This document shows, piece by piece, positions 9,051-16,373 of a stretch of 29,034 bases of DNA (position 1 is its first letter; every line of letters begins with the position of its first letter). The notes below the pieces were generated by a model. The model was not told the DNA's origin. It was given only the letters and a program-made list of their open reading frames with translations, and searched no databases. The position numbers and the translations under genes are program-made. This stretch comes from an uncultured Planctomycetota bacterium (GTDB lineage: Bacteria > Planctomycetota > PUPC01), in contig CAYXNI010000002.1 of the NCBI GenBank assembly GCA_964466285.1, positions 1 through 29,034 on the forward strand, given 5' to 3'.

Positions 9051-9079
9051 ATAATATCACGGCTGGCCCCTGCAATCAA
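9051..9079 (-). promoter_or_regulatory. candidate sigma70-type promoter of lysS (TTGATT-N17-TATTAT)
   Basis: On the minus strand the -35 element TTGATT sits at 9079..9074 and the -10 element TATTAT at 9056..9051. They lie ~35 nt upstream of the lysS ATG at 9017. Confidence 0.35.
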
Positions 9080-9162
9080 GGGAGGCGGGAGCTTGACTCG
9101 CCATTCGTTTGTGCGCCCGATCACGGCGAAGGACAAGCCACCTTCGAGACTGCAGGCGTTTC

Positions 9163-9220
9163 AGGTGTGGAAAATGGGGGAGAGAGAGACCCTACCGCTC
9201 AGGTGCAGAGTTCTGAGCGG
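9163..9220 (-). terminator. candidate intrinsic terminator at the 3' end of the MgtC-family gene
   Basis: On the minus strand an 8-bp stem CCGCTCAG/CTGAGCGG with a 10-nt loop spans the stop codon. It is followed by pyrimidine-rich CTCTCTCTCCCCCATTTTCC. Confidence 0.4.
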
Positions 9221-9686
9221 GCCCATCCGCTGCGTGCGTTAGAACGGGTTTGTGATGAAGCAGTTTTTCGACGCGTTTGAGCACCGCGATGATCACGAAC
9301 GTGAGCAGTGTGCTCAGAAGGCCCAGCACGTAGTACCCCAGGCCGATTGCAAGTCCTACGCCGGTCATGACCCACAACCCCGCGGCCGTGGTCAGGCCGG
9401 TCACCGAGGTTCCCCGTGTGAAGATCACTCCGCCGGCGATGAAGCCGATGGAAAGCAACAGGCCCTGGACGACTCGCATCACGTCACCGCCAGGGAACTG
9501 CTTGTGCATTTCGAGCACGACCAGGGCAAACAGGCACGCGCCCAGGCTGATGAGCATGTGGGTGCGAAGGCCCGCACCCTTCTCGTGAGTCTCGCGCTCC
9601 CAGCCGACCAGGGCGCCCAGAAGGCTGGCGGTCACCAGCCGCAGGAACGCGACGCACTCAGGGGCTAGAACAAAGTGCTCCATCAT
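9192..9686 (-). CDS. mgtC: MgtC/SapB family membrane protein
   Basis: The ORF is trimmed to Met-Met at 9686/9683, which is preceded by GGAG. Hydrophobic MgtC-like helices are present (LVGWERE..GLRTHMLISLGACLF, GGVIFTRG, AAGLWVMTGVGLAIGLG). Confidence 0.7.
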   Translation of the reverse strand: MMEHFVLAPECVAFLRLVTASLLGALVGWERETHEKGAGLRTHMLISLGACLFALVVLEMHKQFPGGDVMRVVQGLLLSIGFIAGGVIFTRGTSVTGLTTAAGLWVMTGVGLAIGLGYYVLGLLSTLLTFVIIAVLKRVEKLLHHKPVLTHAADGPAQNSAPER

Positions 9687-9774
9687 TAAACGCACGCTCC
9701 CGGCGCAGCGACCTGCTGCGCACACCCCCGAGCCGGCGGTATCGAGCCAATGCATTGGCAGACGACAACCGCTC

Positions 9775-10023
9775 TCAGCACCGGTCTTTCGTTCGGCGAC
9801 CGAGCACGTCATCGATCAGTCGGGTAATCGCGATCCTCAGCTTGCCTTCCGTTTCGTACGTCCCGTTCTCGATTTCCTTTCGGATTCGCTCAAGGCGCAT
9901 TCGGTGTGCTCCGGAAACACGGCGAGTCTTGCAGGGTTCCGCGCCGGCATGGGCCCTGCCGGGCGTGCTGGTCTTGTGTGCGTTACGCTTCTCGGCGACC
10001 AACTCTCCGCGACCTCCTGGCAA
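9775..10023 (-). CDS. flgM: possible anti-sigma-28 factor FlgM-like small protein (TTG start; the exact start is uncertain)
   Basis: The C-terminal 40 aa, RLERIRKEIENGTYETEGKLRIAITRLIDDVLG, resemble the FlgM sigma-28-binding helix pair. The basic N-terminal half looks disordered. AGGAGG is present near the 5' end. Confidence 0.4.
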   Translation of the reverse strand: MPGGRGELVAEKRNAHKTSTPGRAHAGAEPCKTRRVSGAHRMRLERIRKEIENGTYETEGKLRIAITRLIDDVLGRRTKDRC

Positions 10024-10046
10024 ACGTTGTACACAGCCCGCCTCTA

Positions 10047-10078
10047 TTATATCGTCTGATTGGAGGATATTCTTAAGC
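10047..10078 (-). promoter_or_regulatory. candidate promoter upstream of the FlgM-like ORF (TTAAGA-N18-TATAAT)
   Basis: A perfect -10 hexamer TATAAT on the minus strand is the reverse complement of 10047-10052. A weak -35 lies ~18 nt upstream. Confidence 0.3.
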
Positions 10079-10482
10079 GGAATTGCCTGACGGCGAGAAG
10101 CCAGTGACCGAGCCGTAACCCGTTGTCCGGCAGCGTGTTATCAGCCCGGCCGCGCCGGTCTGCCGGCAGAATACGGGGAGACTTTCAGGGTACACCGTCC
10201 AGGATGGGCCGTCTCTGGCTCGTCCTCGGCCAGCGTTAGCCCGGGCGGTTCAGCCACGCCGGAGCACACACCTCGCCGAGCGGGTAAGCCCTTCCGAGTC
10301 AGGCATTTCAATCCGACCGCAACCTTCTGTCCACACCTTCGCGGGTGGTGCAACACATTGTCCGCCAGACGGTTAGGACTTAGGCAGAATTCTTTCAATC
10401 TGCATCACCTTTGCACTCTCCATGATGTAGTGGCGATGAAATGTTCGTGTTGACGCCGAACGAGTGGCGATTGGCCAACAGC

Positions 10483-10572
10483 GGGGAAGGCCCGACGCGC
10501 AGGGACGGACGGAAGTGAACCGCCAAGACGCCAAGAACGCCAAGGGGAAGGCCCGACGCGCAGGGACGGACG
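10483..10572. repeat. two identical 29-bp direct repeats GGGGAAGGCCCGACGCGCAGGGACGGACG separated by 32 bp that contain three copies of CGCCAAG(A)
   Basis: The copies lie at 10483-10511 and 10544-10572. The second copy abuts the stop codon of the divergent AdoMetDC-like gene. The spacer is GAAGTGAACCGCCAAGACGCCAAGAACGCCAA. Confidence 0.6.
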
Positions 10573-10573
10573 C

Positions 10574-10969
10574 TCAAACGTCGGTCGGTACCGATGCGGG
10601 CGCTCCGTAGCGCTCAAGCACGCGCTTCGTTCCGCCCGATGCGCCGAAGAAGCGGCGGGTGAACTCGTAGGCGCCGTCCGTGTCATATGCCTTGCAGGAG
10701 AAGATGTTGATGTGGGCGCTGCCGTAGACCTCGCTGAAGTGGCCCGTGATGCTCGATGTCTCGATGAGCTGGACGACCGAGTAGCCGGCGGTGTGCTCGG
10801 CGTTGAAGCCGAACCGCTCGACGAAGGGCTCGCCGTACGGGACCATGTCGAGGACTTTGACGATCCTCCGGAGATACTCCCTCAGCTTCGCGTCAGACGC
10901 AATGGTCTTCTGATTGCAGTCATGAAGATCGATCACCGTCTCGATGCCGTATAACCGGCTGTCGTCCAT
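10574..10969 (-). CDS. divergent S-adenosylmethionine decarboxylase-like paralog (small pyruvoyl-enzyme fold; function uncertain)
   Basis: 131 aa starting from the ATG at 10969, which is preceded by GGAGAGGAG. The AdoMetDC-like architecture is present (TVIDLHDCN...ETSSITGHFSEVYGSAHINIFSCKAY). The canonical ESH self-cleavage motif is altered to ETSS. It lies 15 nt downstream of speE. Confidence 0.55.
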   Translation of the reverse strand: MDDSRLYGIETVIDLHDCNQKTIASDAKLREYLRRIVKVLDMVPYGEPFVERFGFNAEHTAGYSVVQLIETSSITGHFSEVYGSAHINIFSCKAYDTDGAYEFTRRFFGASGGTKRVLERYGAPASVPTDV

Positions 10970-10983
10970 CTTCTCCTCTCCGT

Positions 10984-11832
10984 TCAGGTTCGTTCGAGGG
11001 AACGCCGGATGTATTCCGGCAACGCGAACGCCGCCGCGTGCACCTCGGGGCTGTAATACTTCATTTTGAGGGGATGCTGTGCGAACCGCCGCCTGACGGC
11101 GGGCAGTGTGATGCGCTTCGAGAAGTCCTGCCGGCTCATCATCGGGTGGGTGAAGAACCCGCCGATGTAGGTGGGCACTGCGGACACGAACGGGATCACG
11201 CACGGGAAGACCTTCTTCGCGTGCCTCACGGCTGCAGGAAGTTCGTTGGGCTGCAACATGGCGCTGCCGGTCTGGCGCACGACGAGACCGTTGCGCCGCA
11301 GGATGCGGCAGACGTTCCGGTAGAACTGCTCGCCGAAGAGCGGGACGCTGGGGCCGAGCGGGTCGGTGGAGTCGACGATCACGACGTCGAACTGCTCGGC
11401 CGTGTCGCAGACGTAGGCGGCTCCGTCGCCGATGATCAGCACGGTCCGCGGGTCCTTGAACGCGTTCTGGCAGATCTTCTTGAGGTACTTCTTGGCGGCG
11501 TCGACGACCGCACCGTCGATGTCGACCATGACGGCGCGCTCGACGGGGTGCCGGAGCACCTCACGCAGGACTCCGCCGTCGCCGCCGCCGATGATGAGGA
11601 CGCGCTCCGGATTCGGATGCGTGTACATCGGCACGTGGGTCATCATCTCGTGGTAGACGAACTCGTCCTTCTCGGTCGTCTCGACGATGTTGTCCAGCAC
11701 AAGCATGCGGCCGTAGGCGGCGGTGTCGATCACCTGCATGTTCTGGAAGGCGGTCTTGCGTGCAAGGAGTTTCTTCTTGAGCACGTACGTCGTCTGGAGG
11801 GTCTTGAACAGTTTCTCGGTGAAGTGCGGCAT
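10984..11832 (-). CDS. speE: spermidine synthase (aminopropyltransferase)
   Basis: 282 aa with motifs VLIIGGGDGGVLREV, DIDGAVV and VDSTDPLGP typical of SpeE. Its start overlaps the stop of the upstream AdoMetDC gene in an ATGA arrangement. Confidence 0.85.
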   Translation of the reverse strand: MPHFTEKLFKTLQTTYVLKKKLLARKTAFQNMQVIDTAAYGRMLVLDNIVETTEKDEFVYHEMMTHVPMYTHPNPERVLIIGGGDGGVLREVLRHPVERAVMVDIDGAVVDAAKKYLKKICQNAFKDPRTVLIIGDGAAYVCDTAEQFDVVIVDSTDPLGPSVPLFGEQFYRNVCRILRRNGLVVRQTGSAMLQPNELPAAVRHAKKVFPCVIPFVSAVPTYIGGFFTHPMMSRQDFSKRITLPAVRRRFAQHPLKMKYYSPEVHAAAFALPEYIRRSLERT

Positions 11833-12185
11833 CAGTGCATTCCTCGCCGGCTTTCCATCATCTGCATTCTGCCGGGCTTGAAGGCAGCTTTGAAGACGGG
11901 GACAGCGTCGTTGGGATCACAATTGCCGCACAGGAACACATCGATAGCGGCGTACTGCCACTCCGGCCAGGTATGAATGCTGATGTGGGATTCGGCGACG
12001 ATGGCGACGCCCGAGATTCCGCCCGTGCTCGAGAACGTGTGAAGCCTCAGGTCGAGCAGCGTCGCTCCACACGCGTCGACGGCGTCCGTGAGGGCCTTTT
12101 CAACCAGCGGCACCTGGTCGAGCCCTTGGGCTTCCCAAAGCTCGAGCAGCAGATGCCTGCCGGCAAAAGAGACTTCGTTCCCCAC
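11832..12185 (-). CDS. speH: S-adenosylmethionine decarboxylase proenzyme, small bacterial SpeH type
   Basis: 117 aa with a GTG start preceded by AGGAGAG. The canonical GGISGVAIVAESHISIHTWPE...YAAIDVFLCG signature is present, including the ES cleavage site. Confidence 0.8.
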   Translation of the reverse strand: MGNEVSFAGRHLLLELWEAQGLDQVPLVEKALTDAVDACGATLLDLRLHTFSSTGGISGVAIVAESHISIHTWPEWQYAAIDVFLCGNCDPNDAVPVFKAAFKPGRMQMMESRRGMH

Positions 12186-12233
12186 TTCTTTTCCTGCTCT
12201 CCTGCCTCATAGTCCACCACACTTGGGAACCCC

Positions 12234-12284
12234 GGCAAAAACCCTTCGGCCCGCATCCGCCGCACCGACAGACTGCCGAAGGGG
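12234..12284 (-). promoter_or_regulatory. candidate attenuator or terminator hairpin inside the 5' leader of the speH-speE operon
   Basis: On the minus strand the arms CCCTTCGG and CCGAAGGG form an 8-bp stem around a 26-nt loop, followed by TTTTTGCC. The hairpin lies between the putative promoter (12334-12362) and the GTG start at 12185. A second 7-bp hairpin, GCCCGGC...GCCGGGC, lies just upstream. Confidence 0.4.
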
Positions 12285-12333
12285 CCCGGCCAGGGCTGCA
12301 CGCCCAAAGGTGCCGGGCTGCCGTCAATTGCAC

Positions 12334-12362
12334 AATATACACAGCGCTCTCGCCGAGCGCAA
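12334..12362 (-). promoter_or_regulatory. candidate promoter of the polyamine operon (TTGCGC-N17-TATATT)
   Basis: On the minus strand the -35 element is at 12362..12357 and the -10 element at 12339..12334. This gives a ~140 nt leader. Confidence 0.3.
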
Positions 12363-12554
12363 TCTTTTTTGCAGAAAGCGGACGGAGTTTTTTCCGGGCA
12401 CTGCCTTGTGGCCTCTCGCATTTCGCATTCCCCGCGGCATTCGTTCCCACCGTCCTCGAACCACGTGAGTTGCCGGCTGCCGCAGACGAAGTTCATCTGG
12501 TCCACCCCGCCCTCCAGCACGCGCCGCTGATGTGAAGTTTTTGTTCCTCGCTCG

Positions 12555-12582
12555 TTGACACCGCCGCGCGAATGCATACAAT
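12555..12582 (+). promoter_or_regulatory. candidate sigma70 promoter of the ThuA-fucosidase operon (TTGACA-N16-TACAAT)
   Basis: TTGACA is at 12555-12560 and TACAAT at 12577-12582. A ~45 nt leader follows. The ribosome-binding site AAGGAGGA at 12621-12628 precedes the ATG at 12631. Confidence 0.5.
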
Positions 12583-12630
12583 CCTCGCGTGTTCGCGGCG
12601 CTCGTCCCTGTGCATCTGGCAAGGAGGAAG

Positions 12631-13338
12631 ATGAAGATGATCAAGACCCTGCTGCTGACCGGACAGAACAACCACGACTGGAAGCGTTCATCCCCGTTCT
12701 GCAAGAACCTCCTCGAGAAGTCGGGCAAATTCCAGGTGGACATGACCGAGGATCCGTCGGCTGCGCTGGCCGACCGCGAGAAGCTCTCGAAGTATCAACT
12801 GATTTTCCTCGACTACAACGGCCCGGCGTGGAGCGAGCCGGCCAAGGCGAACTTCGTCGACGCCGTCCGCAACGGCACCGGCGTGTGCATCGTCCACGCC
12901 GCCAACAACGCCTTCTCCGGCTGGAAGGAGTACGAGGAAATCTGCGCCCTGCTCTGGCGCGAAGGCACCGGGCACGGCCGCTACCACAAGTTCGACATCA
13001 AGGTCACCGACCCGGGCCACCCGATCACCAAGGGCCTGCCGCCCGTGCTCAAGGATCACCCGGACGAACTGTATCACCGGCTGGTTCACATGCACAACAC
13101 GCCGCACCACGTCATTGCGACGGCGTATTCCGCGCCGGAAACGGGCGGGACGGGCAACGACGAGCCGATGCTGGTCGTGAAGACGTACGGCAAGGGCCGC
13201 ATCTTCCACGACATCCTCGGCCACGTCTGGGAGGGCGGCGGAATGGACACGTTCGAGAGCCCGCACTTCCAACTGACCCTGCTCCGCGGCTGCGAGTGGG
13301 CCGCCACTGGAGCCGTCACCATCACTAAGGAGGACTGA
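12631..13338 (+). CDS. ThuA-like protein (class I glutamine amidotransferase-like / trehalose-utilisation ThuA family)
   Basis: MKMIKTLLLTGQNNHDW...GTGVCIVHAANNAF...PMLVVKTYGKGRIFHDILGH is the typical ThuA-family motif pattern. Its stop lies 1 nt before the next ATG. Confidence 0.7.
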   Translation: MKMIKTLLLTGQNNHDWKRSSPFCKNLLEKSGKFQVDMTEDPSAALADREKLSKYQLIFLDYNGPAWSEPAKANFVDAVRNGTGVCIVHAANNAFSGWKEYEEICALLWREGTGHGRYHKFDIKVTDPGHPITKGLPPVLKDHPDELYHRLVHMHNTPHHVIATAYSAPETGGTGNDEPMLVVKTYGKGRIFHDILGHVWEGGGMDTFESPHFQLTLLRGCEWAATGAVTITKED

Positions 13339-13339
13339 A

Positions 13340-14611
13340 ATGGCAGACGCGAAAGAGCTGTATCTGGCGGAAGTCGAGAAGACACGTCCCGAGCGGATGA
13401 AGTGGTGGCACGAGGCCCGGTTCGGGATGTTCGTCCACTGGGGCCTGTACGCGCAGGTGGGGCGCAACGAGTGGGTGATGAACATCGAGTGCATCCCGAA
13501 GGAGGAATACGAGAAGTTCGCCGAGACGTGGAAGCCGAAGCCCCGCCCGATGCGCGACTGGTGCAGGCTCGCCAAGAAGGCCGGGATGAAGTACATGGTC
13601 ATGACGACCAAGCACCACGAGGGCTTCTGCCTGTGGGACACGAAGATGACCGACTACAACGCAATGAAGCGCGGCCCCGGCCGCGACCTCGTCCGCGAGT
13701 ACGTCGAGGCCTGCCGCGAGTTCGGACTCAGGATAGGCTTCTATTACTCGCTGATGGACTGGCACCACCCGGACGGCGCACGGTGCAAGGTCGACGAGGC
13801 GGCCCGCCGCCGGTTCTGCGACTTCACCCATGGCTGCGTCAAGGAACTCATGTCCAACTACGGCAAGATCGACGTCCTGTGGTACGACGTATCGTGGCCG
13901 CTCGACAGCCCGGAGAAGTGGGAGAGCCTGAAGATGAATAAGATGGCGCGGGCGTTGCAGCCGCACATCATCATCGACGACCGCTCGCAGCTTCCCGAAG
14001 ACTTCTCGACGCCCGAAGGCCACGTGAATCCTGCCGAGGCCGGACGCGGCTGGGAAGCGTGCATGACGTTCAACGATACCTCGTGGGGCTACATGCCCTC
14101 CGCCGCGCCCGACGCGGTCACCGCGCGCGACATCCTCCGGATGCTGAACACGGCCGCGGCCAACGAGGGTAACCTGCTTCTGAACATCGGCCCGGCGCCC
14201 GACGGCTCGGTGCCCGAGGATGCCGTCGCGCCGCTCACCGCCGTCGGCAAGTGGATCGCCGCGAACAAGGAAGCGGTCATCGGCAAATTCGACCGGGGCG
14301 GACTCAGCGGCACCGCCTGCGGCTGGTTCACTCGGAAGGGCAACGTCGCCTATTTCTGGTGCAAGAACTGGCCGGGCACGAGCTTCACTCTCGGCGGCTA
14401 CACCACGAAGCTCAAGAAGGCGTCGCTCCTTGTCAGCAAGAAGCCTCTCAAGTTCGAGCAGAAACCATACCAGATCAAGTTCAGCGGACTTCCGAAGATC
14501 AGTCCGGACAAGTTCGCGGGCATCACGGTCATCAAGCTCGAGTTCGAGGCCCCGCCTGAGGTAAAGTGGGGCGCGACCACGATGAACTTCGAGACCCTGG
14601 ACATCAGTTAG
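13340..14611 (+). CDS. alpha-L-fucosidase, glycoside hydrolase family 29 (copy 1)
   Basis: Motifs WWHEARFGMFVHWGLY, KYMVMTTKHHEGFCLWDT, YYSLMDWHHPD and DVLWYDVSWP fit the GH29 catalytic domain. Residues are counted. Confidence 0.85.
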   Translation: MADAKELYLAEVEKTRPERMKWWHEARFGMFVHWGLYAQVGRNEWVMNIECIPKEEYEKFAETWKPKPRPMRDWCRLAKKAGMKYMVMTTKHHEGFCLWDTKMTDYNAMKRGPGRDLVREYVEACREFGLRIGFYYSLMDWHHPDGARCKVDEAARRRFCDFTHGCVKELMSNYGKIDVLWYDVSWPLDSPEKWESLKMNKMARALQPHIIIDDRSQLPEDFSTPEGHVNPAEAGRGWEACMTFNDTSWGYMPSAAPDAVTARDILRMLNTAAANEGNLLLNIGPAPDGSVPEDAVAPLTAVGKWIAANKEAVIGKFDRGGLSGTACGWFTRKGNVAYFWCKNWPGTSFTLGGYTTKLKKASLLVSKKPLKFEQKPYQIKFSGLPKISPDKFAGITVIKLEFEAPPEVKWGATTMNFETLDIS

Positions 14612-14640
14612 TCCCTTTACGTCTGAAGGAGTGAATCACG

Positions 14641-15891
14641 ATGGCGGACGACAAAGCGAAGTACGAGGCGGAAGTCGCAAAGACGCGGACCAAACGGATG
14701 AAGTGGTGGCACGAGGCCCGGTTCGGGATGTTCGTCCACTGGGGCCTGTATTCGCAGCTCGGCCGCCACGAGTGGGTCATGAACCGCGAGCGCATCCCGC
14801 TGGCCGAGTACGAGAAACTGGCGGACACGTGGAAGCCGAAGCCCCGCCCTATGCGCGAGTGGGCACGCCTGGCCAAGAAGGCCGGGATGAAGTACATGGT
14901 GATGACGACCAAGCACCACGAGGGCTTCTGCCTGTGGGACACGAAGCAGCACGACTACAACGCGGCGAAGCGCGGCCCGGGCCGCGACCTCGTCCGCGAG
15001 TATGTCGAGGCCTGCCGCGAGTTCGGCCTGAAGGTCGGCTTCTACTACTCGCTGATGGACTGGCATCATCCGGACGGCGCGATGTGCGCCAAGGACGAGG
15101 CCGCGCGGCGCCGCTTCTGCGACTTCACCTACGGCTGCGTCAAGGAACTGATGTCCAACTACGGCAAGATCGACATCCTCTGGTACGACGTCTCGTGGCC
15201 GCTGGACAGCCCGGAGAAGTGGGAAAGCGTGAAGATGAACAAGATGGTGCGCGAGCTTCAGCCGGACATCATCATCGACAACCGCTCGTGGCTGCCCGAG
15301 GACTTCGGCACACCCGAAGAGCACATCCACGCCGAGGAGGCTGGCCGGTCCTGGGAAGCCTGCATGACGTTCAACGGCTCATGGGGCTACATGCCGTCGT
15401 GCATCGACTGGCGGCCGGTCCGTGAGGTGCTCGACATGCTGCGCCAGGTCACCTCCGGCCAGGGCAACCTGCTCCTGAACATCGGCCCGAAGCCGGACGG
15501 CTCCGTGCCCGAGGAAGCGGCCGAACGGCTCGTGCCCGTGGGCAAGTGGCTGGCGAAGAACGGCGAGGCGGTCTACGGCAAGGTCGACCGCGTGGCTTCG
15601 CTCGAATGGGTGCCTACCGGCCAATGCACGCAGAAGGGCAACACCGTCTACTTCTGGTGTAAGCACTGGCCGGGCGGCGAGCTCGTCCTCGGCGGATACC
15701 AGACCCGGCTCGCCAAGGCTTCTTATGTGGCGACCGGCAAGCCGATCAAGTTCGAGCAGACTGAGAACCGCATCGTCCTCAAGTCCCTGCCGAAAGCGAA
15801 CCCGGACAAGATCGGGGGCGTGTGCGTCATCAAGCTGCAGTTCAAGTCGCCCCCCGTGCAGAAGTTGGGTGCAGGCTGCGTGCTGCTTTGA
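14641..15891 (+). CDS. alpha-L-fucosidase, glycoside hydrolase family 29 (copy 2, tandem paralog)
   Basis: It is roughly 75-80% identical to copy 1 over the catalytic domain and more divergent at the C-terminus. The ribosome-binding site AAGGAG precedes the ATG. Confidence 0.85.
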   Translation: MADDKAKYEAEVAKTRTKRMKWWHEARFGMFVHWGLYSQLGRHEWVMNRERIPLAEYEKLADTWKPKPRPMREWARLAKKAGMKYMVMTTKHHEGFCLWDTKQHDYNAAKRGPGRDLVREYVEACREFGLKVGFYYSLMDWHHPDGAMCAKDEAARRRFCDFTYGCVKELMSNYGKIDILWYDVSWPLDSPEKWESVKMNKMVRELQPDIIIDNRSWLPEDFGTPEEHIHAEEAGRSWEACMTFNGSWGYMPSCIDWRPVREVLDMLRQVTSGQGNLLLNIGPKPDGSVPEEAAERLVPVGKWLAKNGEAVYGKVDRVASLEWVPTGQCTQKGNTVYFWCKHWPGGELVLGGYQTRLAKASYVATGKPIKFEQTENRIVLKSLPKANPDKIGGVCVIKLQFKSPPVQKLGAGCVLL

Positions 15892-15928
15892 TCGGGTCTG
15901 GGCCGGTGTTCTTGCCTGAATCAGAACG

Positions 15929-15957
15929 GAGGCGGGCCGCGAGCCCGCCTCTTTTCC
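15929..15957 (+). terminator. rho-independent terminator after the fucosidase operon
   Basis: A perfect 9-bp stem GAGGCGGGC/GCCCGCCTC with loop CGCGA is followed by TTTTCC. Confidence 0.65.
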
Positions 15958-15959
15958 TT

Positions 15960-15985
15960 GATTCAATTTGAGAATTCAATTTGAG
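15960..15985. repeat. tandem 13-bp direct repeat (G/A)ATTCAATTTGAG x2 immediately upstream of a TTGACA box
   Basis: GATTCAATTTGAG at 15960-15972 is followed by AATTCAATTTGAG at 15973-15985. Confidence 0.6.
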
Positions 15986-15986
15986 C

Positions 15987-16016
15987 TTGACATAAGCCCT
16001 TTGCTGCGCTCAAATA
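15987..16016 (+). promoter_or_regulatory. candidate promoter of the HU/IHF-family gene (TTGACA-N17-TCAAAT or CAAATA)
   Basis: A perfect -35 TTGACA lies at 15987-15992. A weak -10 lies 17-18 nt downstream. The ribosome-binding site AAGGAG lies 9 nt before the ATG at 16059. Confidence 0.35.
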
Positions 16017-16058
16017 ATGGCCGGTTCAGTACGTCAGGCGCGGTCAAAGGAGTGAGAC

Positions 16059-16373
16059 ATGACCACAAAGCGAGACATGGTGAAGGAAATCTCCGAGAAG
16101 CTGCAACTTGCGCAGGTCGACACCAAGAACGTCGTGCAGAGCGTGTTCGACAACATCATCGACATCCTGGCCACCGAAGGGCGGCTGGAACTCCGTGACT
16201 TCGGGGTCTTTGCGGTAAAGGAACGGGCCGCCCGCAAGGCCCGCAATCCCAAGACCGGCGAAGTGGTGATGGTTCCGCCCCGCAAGGTAGTGACGTTCAA
16301 GCCCGGAAAGCTGCTCCAGGAAAAGATCGGTTCTGTTCCTTCCGCTCCGCCGTCCGGAACCGAGCCAGGTTGA
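16059..16373 (+). CDS. HU/IHF-family nucleoid-associated DNA-binding protein
   Basis: 104 aa. The segment RLELRDFGVFAVKERAARKARNPKTGEVVMVPPRKVVTFKPGKLL matches the HU/IHF beta-arm signature. Confidence 0.8.
   Translation: MTTKRDMVKEISEKLQLAQVDTKNVVQSVFDNIIDILATEGRLELRDFGVFAVKERAARKARNPKTGEVVMVPPRKVVTFKPGKLLQEKIGSVPSAPPSGTEPG

Noticed and set aside
10141-10398. 85-aa minus-strand ORF (TTG start) inside the non-coding gap
   Set aside because: Its codon usage has low GC3 for this genome (aaa, gaa, cta, agt, cct). It has no ribosome-binding site and no similarity to anything recognisable. It is likely not coding.
10080-10480. Possible RNase P RNA, tmRNA, SRP or 6S RNA in the large non-coding gap
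   Set aside because: I looked for the conserved RNase P (GGAAAGUCCGGGCUCC, AGGGUGAAA..GGUGCGGUAAGAGCGCACC), tmRNA (3' tRNA-like end, tag reading frame) and SRP (GGAAGCAGCC-type) signatures on both strands and found none. The region remains unexplained rather than assigned.
10483-10572. CRISPR array call for the 29-bp repeat / 32-bp spacer / 29-bp repeat unit
   Set aside because: There are only two repeats. The single spacer is itself a CGCCAAGA microsatellite, no cas genes are in the window, and the repeat lacks typical CRISPR repeat features. It is recorded as a plain direct repeat instead.
12047-12622. 191-aa minus-strand ORF covering the divergent promoter region between speH and the ThuA-like gene
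   Set aside because: It spans two candidate promoters and the leader hairpins and has no homology. Its frame overlaps the speH start. It is treated as non-coding regulatory DNA.
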